Below, piece by piece: positions 38,311 to 48,329 of a stretch of DNA of 64,000 bases. The stretch's first letter is position 1. The number at the start of each line of letters is the position of its first letter. The stretch covers positions 32,001 through 96,000 of the IMG/VR virus record IMGVR_UViG_3300014204_000113. One strand, written 5' to 3'. The translations under genes and the position numbers were made by a program. The notes under the pieces were generated by a model that had not been told where the DNA came from, ran no database searches, and saw only the letters and a program-made list of their open reading frames with translations. Source of the DNA: a virus (taxonomy: Duplodnaviria > Caudoviricetes).

Positions 38311-38769
38311 ATGGCAGATTTTGACAATAATAGATTTGCATCAAAAAATCAAGAATGGGAAACACCAACAGAACTTTTCAATATTTTAAATGAAGAATTT
38401 AATTTCAATTTTGATGTGTGTGCTGATGAAAACAATAAGAAAGTAAATGATTATTTTTCAGAACAAGACGATGCTTTGAGCAGAGAATGGAAGGGTATAT
38501 GTTGGATGAATCCTCCATATAAAGATTTAAAATTGTGGGTCAAGAAAGCCTATCTTGAAAGTAGACACAAAGATTGTGTTGTTGTTTGTCTTGTTCCCGC
38601 TAGAACTAATACTAATTGGTTCTATGAATATTGCATGAAAGGCGAAATAAGATTTATTAAAGGCAGACCTAAATTTAAAGGGTGTGAACACGGCTTGCCA
38701 CAACCACTTGCAATAATCGTATTTGGATTAGATTATCAAAATAATTATAAATCTGTAAAGTTGAAATAA
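38311..38769 (+). CDS. Phage DNA N6-adenine methyltransferase (Dam-like)
   Basis: WETP, DVCA, MNPPY, LVPARTNT, GRPKF. Confidence 0.9.
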   Translation: MADFDNNRFASKNQEWETPTELFNILNEEFNFNFDVCADENNKKVNDYFSEQDDALSREWKGICWMNPPYKDLKLWVKKAYLESRHKDCVVVCLVPARTNTNWFYEYCMKGEIRFIKGRPKFKGCEHGLPQPLAIIVFGLDYQNNYKSVKLK

Positions 38770-38771
38770 TT

Positions 38772-41700
38772 ATGGCCTTTGTCCACCTCCACACCCATAC
38801 AGATCGCAGTTTGCTCGATGGTGCTGCTAAAATTTCAGACTACATTGTTGAAGTTGTTCGACACAATCAAAGTCATTTGGCGATAACAGACCATGGAAAT
38901 TGTGATTGCTTCCTTGAATTTCAGAAAGAGGCTTTGAAACAATCTATAACCCCAATCTTTGGTGTGGAATTCTACATCGTCCCAGACATCACTAAAAAAG
39001 AAAAATACGAAAAGAAATATCATATAACAGTTTTAGTTCAAAATAAGGTTGGGTTTACCAATGTCCTAAAAATGCTCACCATAGCCAATCTAGAAGGTCA
39101 TTATTATAGACCACAAATTGATCCATCTATATTGCTTAAAAATTATGAAGGTCTAGTTTTTATGACTGCTTGTGTGTCATCTTTTATTAATATGGAAGGA
39201 GGAATTGAATTATTATTAGAATTAAATAAAAAAGCACCAACCTATCTTGAATTGATGCCGCACAATTATCCCATCCAAAAAGAAATCAATTTAAAGAAAT
39301 TGGAATTGGGAAAGAAGTATAATATTCAATTTTCAGCAAGTAATGATGCGCACTACGCAAAACCAGAACATGCCCAAGCGCAGGAAATGTTGCTTGCCAT
39401 CCAGAAGAAGGCTAAATGGGATGACCCAAAAAGATGGAAGTTTGATTTTGGAGGTTTATATTTAAAGTCTGAACAAGAAATGGAACAAGCGTTTATAGAA
39501 CAAAATTGTGTTCCTAAAGAAATTTGGCGTCCAGCAATGGACAACACCATGGAAATCGCCAAACTATGCGAAAACTTCAAGATAAGAAAAAGAAAAGTTT
39601 CTTTGCCAAAAGTCTATGGATATGAGCACAGAGATGAAACAGAGTTGATGAGGGAAATTATTGAAAGCGGATTAAAAGAAAGAAAAATAGGAGATTACGA
39701 TACATATAGAAATAGAATAGAAGAAGAATTTGAAATAATTTGTAAATTGAATTTTCAAAGATACTTCCTTATAGTATGGGAATTGATAGATTGGTGTAAG
39801 AAGAATGGGATTGGTGTCGGTCCTTGTCGTGGGTCATCAGGCGGAAGTTTAATCTGTTATTTAATGCATATTACAGATATAGACCCAATAAAATATGGTC
39901 TTATCTTTGCTCGTTTTATTTCTATCGAACGCAACGATCTGCCAGATATTGATGTTGATTACGAAGATATAAAAAGAGAAGAAGTAAAAAAACATTTAAG
40001 AGATTGTTATGGAGAATACAATGTAGCAGGAATATCAACATTTTTAACATTAAAAGGGAGAGGGGCATTACGAGATGTAGCAAGGGTTTTTGATTTACCA
40101 TTAAGAGAAGTTGATTTAGTTGCAAAGGAGATAGAAACAAAATTAGACGGGGATAAACTTTGCGGACATACAATTGAAGAAGCATGTAAAAAATCTGAAA
40201 TTGTCGCTTCATTTAAAAAGAAATATCCAGAAACAGTTCAACTTGCAATAGATTTAGAAGGGCAGACGAAAGCTGTCGGCCAACATGCGGCTGGAGTAGT
40301 TGTTTCTTCTGATGATTTAAGGAAAGGGGAAAGATGTAATCTTTGTATTAGAAGTGGAGAAATTGTAGTTAATTGGGACAAAGAAAATGCAGAACAAATG
40401 GGGTTAATGAAACTTGATGTTCTTGGTTTAACTTCATTGACTATTATTAATTCTTCTAAGAAGTTTATTAAAGAGAATTATGATATTGATATAGAATTAG
40501 ATAAACTTACATTAGATGACAAAGAAATATATGAAGAAATTTCTAAAGGAAATAATGTAGGTTTATTTCAATTGAATTCACATGGTTTAACTGGCTTATG
40601 TAAAGAGATGGGAGTAAAAGAATTTAATGACATCGTTCTTGCAACTGCCATCTTTCGTCCAGGTGTGCTCGGAAGTGGAATGGCAGATGAATATATCAAA
40701 AGAAGGAAAAATAAAAAGGAAATAAAATATATTCATCCAAAGTTAAAAAAATATACAAAAGACACGCTTGGAATTGTTTTATATCAAGAACAAGTAATGT
40801 GGGTAATGTATGAACTTGCTGGCTTACCTTGGTCTATTTGTGATAAAGTAAGAAAAGTAATGGGTAAATCTCAAGGAGACGCAAAGTTTCAAAAATTTAA
40901 ACAACAATTTATTGATGGTTGTAAAAATAATAAGACGTTATCAGAAAAAGAAGCAGATAAAGTTTGGGATACATTAGCTTCATTCTCAAAATATGGATTC
41001 AACTTAAGTCACGCCACTGCTTATTCTATGATAACTTATTATTGTGCCTATCTCAAATATTACTACCCTAAAGAATTTCTCTGCGCTTGTTTAACTTATG
41101 GTGGCGAAGATAAGAAAGCAGAATATGTCAATGAAGCAAGAAGGTTGGGTTTGGAAGTAAGCCTACCAAAAATAGATAAATCACTTGCAGATGTTTGGTA
41201 TCCGAATAAAGACAGTAATATCATCTATGCGCCATTGACTGAAATAAAAGGTGTAGGGAAAACACAAGCAGAAAAGATAATTGAGCAAGGTTCAAATAAG
41301 AAAGTTGGTTTTTTCACTATCATGGATCAATCTGTTGTGCCTACCAATTCTACTGATGAATTATTGAATAAAGTAGGATTTTATAAGAAAACTTCTTTGA
41401 CACAAAAAGAGTTGATGAAAGCTAGACAATATCTTAATTTTAATCCATTGACTGGTATGAATAGATTTAGTAGATTACCAAAAGATTTTGATTATTCAGA
41501 CGATGATATTATTAAATGCAATTTGGAAGGATTTGAAGGTAATCTTATTGAAATAAAGAAATATGGAAAGAAGATAGAATGTGATAAATGCGAGTTGAGG
41601 AGAGAAGCAAAACAGATTGTTTTCCCATCTTTTGGACGCTATAATATAATGGCAATCGGGGAAGCACCCGGATCACGAGAAAATGAAGAAGGAATTGGGT

Positions 41701-42257
41701 TTGTAGGTGATGCAGGAAAAGATATTCTTTGGCCAGAATTGAAGAAGCATAATTTAGTTAGAGACATGTTTCACCTAAGCAACATCTGCAAATGCTTCCC
41801 TGGGAAGAAAATCAAAACGCCAACTAAAAATCATATAAAAATTTGTTCTGAACATATTATAGATGAAATTAATAATTTAAAACCAATAATGATTCTTGCT
41901 TTTGGTAATACTAATGTTAAATTTTTCAAAGAACAAGATGGTGGAATTACCGCTTTGAATGGAACTACTGAATGGTCAGATAAATTCCAATGTTGGATTT
42001 CATTTTGTGTGCATCCAGCATCATGTCTCTATCAACCATCAAATAAAGAACTATTTGAGAAAGGAATAAAGAATTTCGCAGATAAAATAAATATGATTGG
42101 TGGTAATTGGTTAAGGAAAAATAAAGAACAGAAATCCAACAGAAAATGTCCTTATGGTGGTAAATTTGGGATAGATAACAACGAGTATGAGGAATGTGAA
42201 GTATGTAATATTTGGCTTGATTGCACTAAAATTGCTATGAATGATGATTTTAAATGA
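38772..42257 (+). CDS. dnaE: DNA polymerase III alpha subunit with C-terminal family-4 uracil-DNA glycosylase domain
   Basis: PHP (HLHTH, TDHG), RGSSGGS, PDIDVD, KLDVLG, YQEQ, YGFNLSHA; then CxxC, GEAPG, N..KC.P, HP of UDG-4. Confidence 0.93.
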   Translation: MAFVHLHTHTDRSLLDGAAKISDYIVEVVRHNQSHLAITDHGNCDCFLEFQKEALKQSITPIFGVEFYIVPDITKKEKYEKKYHITVLVQNKVGFTNVLKMLTIANLEGHYYRPQIDPSILLKNYEGLVFMTACVSSFINMEGGIELLLELNKKAPTYLELMPHNYPIQKEINLKKLELGKKYNIQFSASNDAHYAKPEHAQAQEMLLAIQKKAKWDDPKRWKFDFGGLYLKSEQEMEQAFIEQNCVPKEIWRPAMDNTMEIAKLCENFKIRKRKVSLPKVYGYEHRDETELMREIIESGLKERKIGDYDTYRNRIEEEFEIICKLNFQRYFLIVWELIDWCKKNGIGVGPCRGSSGGSLICYLMHITDIDPIKYGLIFARFISIERNDLPDIDVDYEDIKREEVKKHLRDCYGEYNVAGISTFLTLKGRGALRDVARVFDLPLREVDLVAKEIETKLDGDKLCGHTIEEACKKSEIVASFKKKYPETVQLAIDLEGQTKAVGQHAAGVVVSSDDLRKGERCNLCIRSGEIVVNWDKENAEQMGLMKLDVLGLTSLTIINSSKKFIKENYDIDIELDKLTLDDKEIYEEISKGNNVGLFQLNSHGLTGLCKEMGVKEFNDIVLATAIFRPGVLGSGMADEYIKRRKNKKEIKYIHPKLKKYTKDTLGIVLYQEQVMWVMYELAGLPWSICDKVRKVMGKSQGDAKFQKFKQQFIDGCKNNKTLSEKEADKVWDTLASFSKYGFNLSHATAYSMITYYCAYLKYYYPKEFLCACLTYGGEDKKAEYVNEARRLGLEVSLPKIDKSLADVWYPNKDSNIIYAPLTEIKGVGKTQAEKIIEQGSNKKVGFFTIMDQSVVPTNSTDELLNKVGFYKKTSLTQKELMKARQYLNFNPLTGMNRFSRLPKDFDYSDDDIIKCNLEGFEGNLIEIKKYGKKIECDKCELRREAKQIVFPSFGRYNIMAIGEAPGSRENEEGIGFVGDAGKDILWPELKKHNLVRDMFHLSNICKCFPGKKIKTPTKNHIKICSEHIIDEINNLKPIMILAFGNTNVKFFKEQDGGITALNGTTEWSDKFQCWISFCVHPASCLYQPSNKELFEKGIKNFADKINMIGGNWLRKNKEQKSNRKCPYGGKFGIDNNEYEECEVCNIWLDCTKIAMNDDFK

Positions 42258-42724
42258 ACATATACTTTGCAGCGCCGCTATTCACAATGGCAGAAAAGGA
42301 ATGGAATAAGAAACTTGCAACTGCCATAGAAGAAAAAGATAAAGACATCAACATCTTTCTACCACAAGAAAATTCTGTATTTGATGAATATGGCGAATTT
42401 CTTTCAAAAGAAACATTTGATTCTGATTTGAAGGCCATAAACAAATCCGATTTGGTATTGGCGATTCTTGATGGTTCTGATGCTGATTCTGGCACTTGCT
42501 ATGAATGTGGTTATGCTTATGCCAGTGGAGTAAAAATTCTAGGTATAAGAACAGATTTTAGGTCTGGTGAAGAAGAAGGTCTGAATGTAATGTTAAAACA
42601 CGGAGTTGACGATTTAATATTCTACCCTTGTAATAATAATCCACATTTGAACCCACCAGATATTGATTATTTAGCATGGATGATAATTGAAAGAATAAAT
42701 AGTTTGTTTGGAGAAAAGTTATGA
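42254..42724 (+). CDS. Nucleoside 2-deoxyribosyltransferase family
   Basis: IYFAAPLF, FLPQE, D..AI, DSGT.YECGYA. Confidence 0.85.
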   Translation: MNIYFAAPLFTMAEKEWNKKLATAIEEKDKDINIFLPQENSVFDEYGEFLSKETFDSDLKAINKSDLVLAILDGSDADSGTCYECGYAYASGVKILGIRTDFRSGEEEGLNVMLKHGVDDLIFYPCNNNPHLNPPDIDYLAWMIIERINSLFGEKL

Positions 42725-42963
42725 CCAAAGAGAAAGTACAAGAAGTTATAAAGAAGTATAGAAATTTATTTGATACTCTTAGAGAACACGACCATTCTTG
42801 GGAACATCTACATTGGATGACTTATCAAATGGAAGATATGTTATTTGAAGAAGATAACATGGAAAAAGTCATGAGATGGCTTGATTTTTTGCAAGGTGTA
42901 CTTTTTTGTAAAGGAGTTTATACAATCGAACAATTGAAAGAACACAATAGGAATAAGAAATGA
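42721..42963 (+). CDS. Hypothetical phage protein
   Basis: HLHWM..KVMRWL.FLQG motif. Confidence 0.6.
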   Translation: MTKEKVQEVIKKYRNLFDTLREHDHSWEHLHWMTYQMEDMLFEEDNMEKVMRWLDFLQGVLFCKGVYTIEQLKEHNRNKK

Positions 42964-43312
42964 CTTATGTGTAGAAATATTATAATTTTGATAAATGTCA
43001 TAGGATTTTTAATTACTTTTGTTTGGATATGTATATTAGGATATTATGATAAAGACGAATTTAATGGTAATCTTTTAGGCATAACATTAAACGCTTTTAT
43101 TTGTAGTTTAGCTTGGCCTATCTTTATGATTATGGGACTTATTGAATTTATTGACACAAAAAATGGTTAAAAATTATGACCTATGATACTGGTTTTCAAA
43201 CTTTATGTCCAGAATGTGGTTTTTTGGCTGATAATTATCAAATAAGATGTTTTGGAAGATGTAAAGATTGTCAAGATAAGAAAGACAAAGAAAACAAAAA
43301 GGAGAAATAAAA

Positions 43313-43756
43313 ATGGCTACAACTTACACAGATGCACCAATCGAAGAAATGGCAAACAAACTGATTGAAAAGTATGAAGAACTTGAAGATTGCTTTGATG
43401 CAAAAATAAAATTTCTTTTCAAAGAAAGCGAAAAGTCTTCCTACATCGGCAAATGCAGTAAGGCGACAGGTAAATGGAAATTCTTGACAGGCGACCTTGA
43501 TTATGTAGTAGAAGTGTGGGAACCCTTTTGGAATGTGGCTACAGACAAACAAAAAGAAGCCTTGTTATATCACGAACTAAGACATATTGAAAAGAAAATC
43601 AAAGAGAATGATGATGGCGAAGAAACGGTAACATGGAAGGTTCGGAAGCATCATGAAGAAATTTTTGCAGATGAGATAGAACATTTTGGTGCATGGAATG
43701 ACGGCCTCAGCAATCTTATGGGTGCTTTCTTGGCACAAAACATTGGGAAAAGATAA
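43313..43756 (+). CDS. Putative phage metallopeptidase
   Basis: ALLYHELRH...HHEEIF. Confidence 0.7.
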   Translation: MATTYTDAPIEEMANKLIEKYEELEDCFDAKIKFLFKESEKSSYIGKCSKATGKWKFLTGDLDYVVEVWEPFWNVATDKQKEALLYHELRHIEKKIKENDDGEETVTWKVRKHHEEIFADEIEHFGAWNDGLSNLMGAFLAQNIGKR

Positions 43757-43934
43757 TGAAAATTAGATGGGAAGTTGAAGATGGTTATGTTGGCAAATCA
43801 GGACCACATTATCTTGAAATAGACGATGATGAGTTGGAAGGTTTGTCAAAAGAAGAAACAGAAAGTTATATCAACGATTCTGTTCAAGAAGAATTTGAAC
43901 AGAATGTTTATCCTGTGTGGGAAATTGTGAAAGA

Positions 43935-44693
43935 ATGAAAGTTGGTTCATTGTTTTCCGGCATAGGTGGTCTCGAACTAGGCCTTGAATGGGCCGGGATG
44001 GAAGTAATTTGGCAAGTTGAATGGGATTCATTTGCCAGAAAAGTTTTGGAAAAACATTGGTTGGGAGTGCCTAAATATGAAGACATCAAAACAGTGGACT
44101 TTAAATCTTTGCCTAGGCCAGACCTCATTTGCGGAGGGTTCCCTTGTCAACCCGTGTCTTGTGCAGGGAAAAGACAAGGTGACAAAGATGAAAGGTGGCT
44201 CTGGCCGGAGTTCTATAGAGCCATTTGTGAAACTCAACCAAGATGGGTCTTGGTTGAGAATGTTCCCGGCTTACTCAATATTGACAATGGTAGATTATTC
44301 GGAAGAATACTTAAAGACTTGGCCAAAAGCGGGTATAATGCAGAATGGGATTTGCTCCCAGCAGCAGCCTTTGGTGCCCCACATTTACGGTATAGGCTCT
44401 TTCTTATTGCCTACCCCCAGAGTTTTCATGATATACAATGCTTTGAGGAAAAAGACAGAAGGGAACTGGAAAAACATTTTGAATCTGGAAGATGTGCTGC
44501 ACAGAAATGGGTTCAAGTTGCAACCAAATTTTGTGGAGTGGATGATGAAATTTCCAAAAGATTGGACAAAGACAGATTGAAATGCCTTGGAAATGCAGTT
44601 GTCCCTTCAGTTGTAGAATGGATTGGAAAAAGAATTATTGAATGTAATAATAAGATTGAAATTAATAAAGAAATAGAAATAATAAAGAAATAG
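43935..44693 (+). CDS. dcm: DNA cytosine-5 methyltransferase
   Basis: LFSGIGG, GFPCQ, ENV, PHLRYR, GNAV. Confidence 0.92.
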   Translation: MKVGSLFSGIGGLELGLEWAGMEVIWQVEWDSFARKVLEKHWLGVPKYEDIKTVDFKSLPRPDLICGGFPCQPVSCAGKRQGDKDERWLWPEFYRAICETQPRWVLVENVPGLLNIDNGRLFGRILKDLAKSGYNAEWDLLPAAAFGAPHLRYRLFLIAYPQSFHDIQCFEEKDRRELEKHFESGRCAAQKWVQVATKFCGVDDEISKRLDKDRLKCLGNAVVPSVVEWIGKRIIECNNKIEINKEIEIIKK

Positions 44694-44962
44694 AAGTAAT
44701 AAAGGAATAAATAATGTTTGACTACAACAATATGTTAAATCTTGGTAATGGCATATCGTCTATGGCTCAACAATATGATTTGTTGCATAAACTTGATAAA
44801 TGTTTTGAATTATTAAGTGGATGGCAACAACCAGTACATAGAAGATTAACAGGAAAAGAAGAACGTCAACGAAGGTTTGATGAAATTTTTATCAAAACAT
44901 TTATCAAAGATGTTGCTATGGCTTTAACTGGTGACAGAATAGAATTTATAAAGGAATAAATA

Positions 44963-45871
44963 ATGCCACTACATTTGTCAATGCGTCCTGATTCACTACA
45001 AGGCCTTCTTGGCAACGAACATATCAAAGAAAGTTTAAAGAATATTTTTGAGAGTGAAGATAAACCAAGAACTTATTTGCTTTATGGTAAAACCGGTACA
45101 GGCAAGACGAGCCTATCTCGCATCATAGCCAAAGAACTTGGTTGCAATATGGAAATGGATTTCCAAGAATTAAATATAGCAGAAGCAAGGGGGATAGATT
45201 CTGCTCGTGCCATTATGGAAGATATGAGATATTTTCCAAGAGGTGGACCAATCAAAGTTTATGTATTGGATGAAGTTCAAGGCAGCGTGTCAGGCTTCCA
45301 AGAGGCTTTGCTTAAACCGCTTGAAGATACACCATCTCATGTAGCTTTCATCCTAACGACTACTGATCCACAAAAATTAAAGGCCACTATTCGCAATCGT
45401 TGCAGCCAATTTGAACTAATGCCTTTGCCAACAGTCTTAATCAGAAAATTACTTAATAACGTCTTGGAAAAAGAAGGCGTAGAAACATTTCCAAAAGAAG
45501 CCATTAATATAATTTCTGAATTGAGCAATGGTTGTCCAAGAGACGCTTTGCAACTTCTTAACCAAGTCATAGATATACCAACAGATGAAGGTGTCATAGC
45601 ATTTCTTAAAGAAAAGAAAGCATCTGAGGAAGCAACTGAAAGTCTTGCCAAATTATTGTTGCAGAAAGCAGATTGGAAAGAAGTATCTAAGGCGTTAAAA
45701 GCGATGAAAGAGCAAGATTCAGAAAAGACAAGAAATGCCGTATTGGGATATTGTAGTAAGGTATTGTTAGATAATGGGAATAAGAGAGCAGGGATGATCA
45801 TGGATATTTTTGCATCTCCGATGTATTCATTTAATTTATTGGTATTGGCCAGCTATAAGGTGATATTGTGA
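44963..45871 (+). CDS. Clamp loader AAA+ subunit (DnaX-like)
   Basis: MRP, GKTGTGKT, LDEV, LLKPLE, IRNRC, GCPRDA. Confidence 0.9.
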   Translation: MPLHLSMRPDSLQGLLGNEHIKESLKNIFESEDKPRTYLLYGKTGTGKTSLSRIIAKELGCNMEMDFQELNIAEARGIDSARAIMEDMRYFPRGGPIKVYVLDEVQGSVSGFQEALLKPLEDTPSHVAFILTTTDPQKLKATIRNRCSQFELMPLPTVLIRKLLNNVLEKEGVETFPKEAINIISELSNGCPRDALQLLNQVIDIPTDEGVIAFLKEKKASEEATESLAKLLLQKADWKEVSKALKAMKEQDSEKTRNAVLGYCSKVLLDNGNKRAGMIMDIFASPMYSFNLLVLASYKVIL

Positions 45872-46350
45872 AGGATGTTCATTTTAGCTCTGAGTCTAAT
45901 GAATGGGAAACTCCAGAAAAACTTTTTGATCAATTGAATAAATTATATGGACCATTTGATTTAGACCCATGTGCTACTAATAAAAACTTTAAATGTGATA
46001 AATATTATACTAAAGAAGATGATGGATTGACCAAAACTTGGTTTGGTAAAGTATTTATGAATCCACCTTATGGGAATCAAATTAGTAAATGGATTGAAAA
46101 AGCATATAATGAAAGTTTAAGAGGTATTGAAATTGTTTGTTTAATACCAGCAAGAACTGACACTTCATATTTTCATAAATTTTGTCTTAGATACGGAACC
46201 ATAATTTTTTTAAAAGGAAGAATAAAGTTTAAAAATAGAAATTTTAAAATTAATTCAGCACCATTTCCTTCTATGATTGTGATTTTTCCAAAAATAGAAA
46301 TTAAAGAAAACCCAAAATTTTATCAACTAACTTTGAAAGATTTATCTTAA
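45868..46350 (+). CDS. Second phage DNA N6-adenine methyltransferase
   Basis: EWETP, LDPCA, MNPPY, LIPARTDT, SAPFPS. Confidence 0.9.
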   Translation: MKDVHFSSESNEWETPEKLFDQLNKLYGPFDLDPCATNKNFKCDKYYTKEDDGLTKTWFGKVFMNPPYGNQISKWIEKAYNESLRGIEIVCLIPARTDTSYFHKFCLRYGTIIFLKGRIKFKNRNFKINSAPFPSMIVIFPKIEIKENPKFYQLTLKDLS

Positions 46351-46355
46351 ATCAA

Positions 46356-46431
46356 GCGGGAATAGCTCAATTGGTAGAGCGCAGACCTTCCCGGTCTGAG
46401 GTTGAGTGTTCAAACCACTCTCCCTGCTCCA
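46356..46431 (+). tRNA. tRNA-Gly(TCC), atypical C37/G38
   Basis: GCGGGAA acceptor, CAGAC-CTTCCCG-GTCTG anticodon arm, T73-CCA. Confidence 0.85.
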
Positions 46432-46463
46432 ATTTCAAGAGTTTAAAAATTCTGCCTCTAGAG

Positions 46464-46514
46464 TACAAAAAATTGAACTTTTCACTTGCGCTCACCTTCC
46501 AGAAATTCTATAAT
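46464..46514 (+). promoter_or_regulatory. Phage-type promoter with conserved upstream element
   Basis: TACAAAAAATTGAACTT..TTGCGC-17-TATAAT. Confidence 0.7.
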
Positions 46515-46536
46515 ATAGTCAGGAGAAAGAAACACC

Positions 46537-46818
46537 TTGAAACTTCTAATCAAGCATTTCCCACAAATTCCCTGCAAGCCGTTTGAAGTCCCAGTAGAAA
46601 GCATTGAAGAAGCAGTCAGAATTATGGATATCTTGGCTGATTATGACTTGTTCCAATTCTACAATAAAATCAAACCAGACTATGCGAATATTACTGGTCT
46701 TTATATGTGGAATGATGAGGAAAAAGATTGGGAAGATTGGTATATTGAATTAGATGGTAATTACTTTGATGATCCACAGGAATATCTGGAATATTTAGAA
46801 AATAAAAAGGAGGAATAA
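46537..46818 (+). CDS. P22 gp17-like superinfection exclusion protein
   Basis: PQIPCKPF.V.V, LADYDLFQ..IKPDY.N..GL pattern. Confidence 0.7.
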   Translation: MKLLIKHFPQIPCKPFEVPVESIEEAVRIMDILADYDLFQFYNKIKPDYANITGLYMWNDEEKDWEDWYIELDGNYFDDPQEYLEYLENKKEE

Positions 46819-47045
46819 ACATGTTGGGCTCCTATTTCGACCCAGAGTTTTTCTGCCCTTCTTGTGATTGGGTTGGGGAATGGGAAGAAACTATTCAAGA
46901 AAATAAAGTTTTGAAAATTGGTATTTCTAAAATTAATAAGTGTCCACAATGTCTTACAGAAGTTAGAGAAATAAATCCAAAAGACAACAAAAGATACATA
47001 GAAGATATATAAAAACTTTAACTATATAACAGGAGAAATTAATTA

Positions 47046-47300
47046 ATGCCTAAATTTAAAGTGCGCCATTTGATGTTTGTTCCTTATTGGGTCTATACCG
47101 AAGTTGAAGCAAAAAGTGTAGATGATGCCATTGAAGAATGGAACGAATCAGAAGAGCCAGGAGAAATTGATTTTGACAATATGCCAGAAGATATTGATTT
47201 TGTTTATGACTTTGACGCGGCTGAAATAGAAATAAATGGTGAGTTTTGTCCTATCTATGAGTCTGAAGATGATGAAGATGGAATTGTGGGGAATGCGTGA
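47046..47300 (+). CDS. Acidic hypothetical protein
   Basis: EVEAKSVDDAIE motif; similar in type to N-terminus of 6500-6949. Confidence 0.55.
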   Translation: MPKFKVRHLMFVPYWVYTEVEAKSVDDAIEEWNESEEPGEIDFDNMPEDIDFVYDFDAAEIEINGEFCPIYESEDDEDGIVGNA

Positions 47301-47839
47301 TGGAAAACGATTATGCTAAAGATATTTTTATTGATGAAAACGATCTTGTAGGTGAGTGGTTGGATCACGGAAATAGAGTTTATCATTATAATAAACTTTC
47401 TGCCAACGCCAATGATGAACGCGATAGGGCTAAAGAAAAATTAAGTGTTGTTGAATCGGAACTACTACTCAAAGTGAAAAGTGATCCTGAAAAATTTATT
47501 CCAAATATTGCTATTAATAAGATAAGCGAAGCTACATATTCTGCTTGGATAAAAACACAACCGGAATATAAAGAAGCATTGGAAGATTATCTTAAGAAAA
47601 AACACAATAGCAGCATCTTGGGCGGGGCAGTAAACGTTTTTGATTCACATAGAAAATACGCCTTGAGCAACCTTGTCAATATGTTGCTTGCGGGATTTTT
47701 TTCTGTTCCAAGAGTGAAAGATGAATTCAAGAAAGAGGTTGAAGAAGATTGCAGAAAGGTTCAACTTGAAGGACTAAAAGATATGGGACCACAACTAAAA
47801 ACATTGAAAAGGAAGAAGAGAGATGCAGGAGCAAATTAA
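47297..47839 (+). CDS. UvsY-like recombination mediator
   Basis: D..ID..DL..EW helical protein upstream of SSB and RecA. Confidence 0.55.
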   Translation: MMENDYAKDIFIDENDLVGEWLDHGNRVYHYNKLSANANDERDRAKEKLSVVESELLLKVKSDPEKFIPNIAINKISEATYSAWIKTQPEYKEALEDYLKKKHNSSILGGAVNVFDSHRKYALSNLVNMLLAGFFSVPRVKDEFKKEVEEDCRKVQLEGLKDMGPQLKTLKRKKRDAGAN

Positions 47840-48329
47840 TTTAATAATTAATCAAATAGTTGATGTTGTTGAAAACATCGGCGAAAACGAAAAGTTGTGG
47901 ACTTCGCTCACCAAAATAATGAATAGAGCGAAGAGCAGTGCAATTGAAGTTGGTGCTACAAACAAAGAAGCAATCGCTTTTGCTTTAAGACTTGGTGAAC
48001 AATTTCAAATTGCTAAACCAACATAATTGATTATGAAACACATAGACTATTCAATTATGCAACAAAACGGAATGGTGGAATATCCAGATGGCGAATGTTC
48101 GCATGGTTATCCAGAAGACATAGATTGCCCAGATTGCATTGAAGACAAATATAATGACGAAATTATAGCCTTAGAGGAGGAATTAAACAATAGAGATAAA
48201 TTACTTTTAAAAATAAAGGATTTCTTATTTGGTTTATCTACTTCAACAAAAGCAATTGGTTTATGGGAAGAAATAGAAGATTTGCTTCCTGAAGACGAGA
48301 GGGAACTTTAAATTTTAAGGAGAAGAAGC

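Noticed and set aside
46371-46586. 71-aa ORF starting inside tRNA-Gly
   Set aside because: Overlaps tRNA and promoter; spurious.
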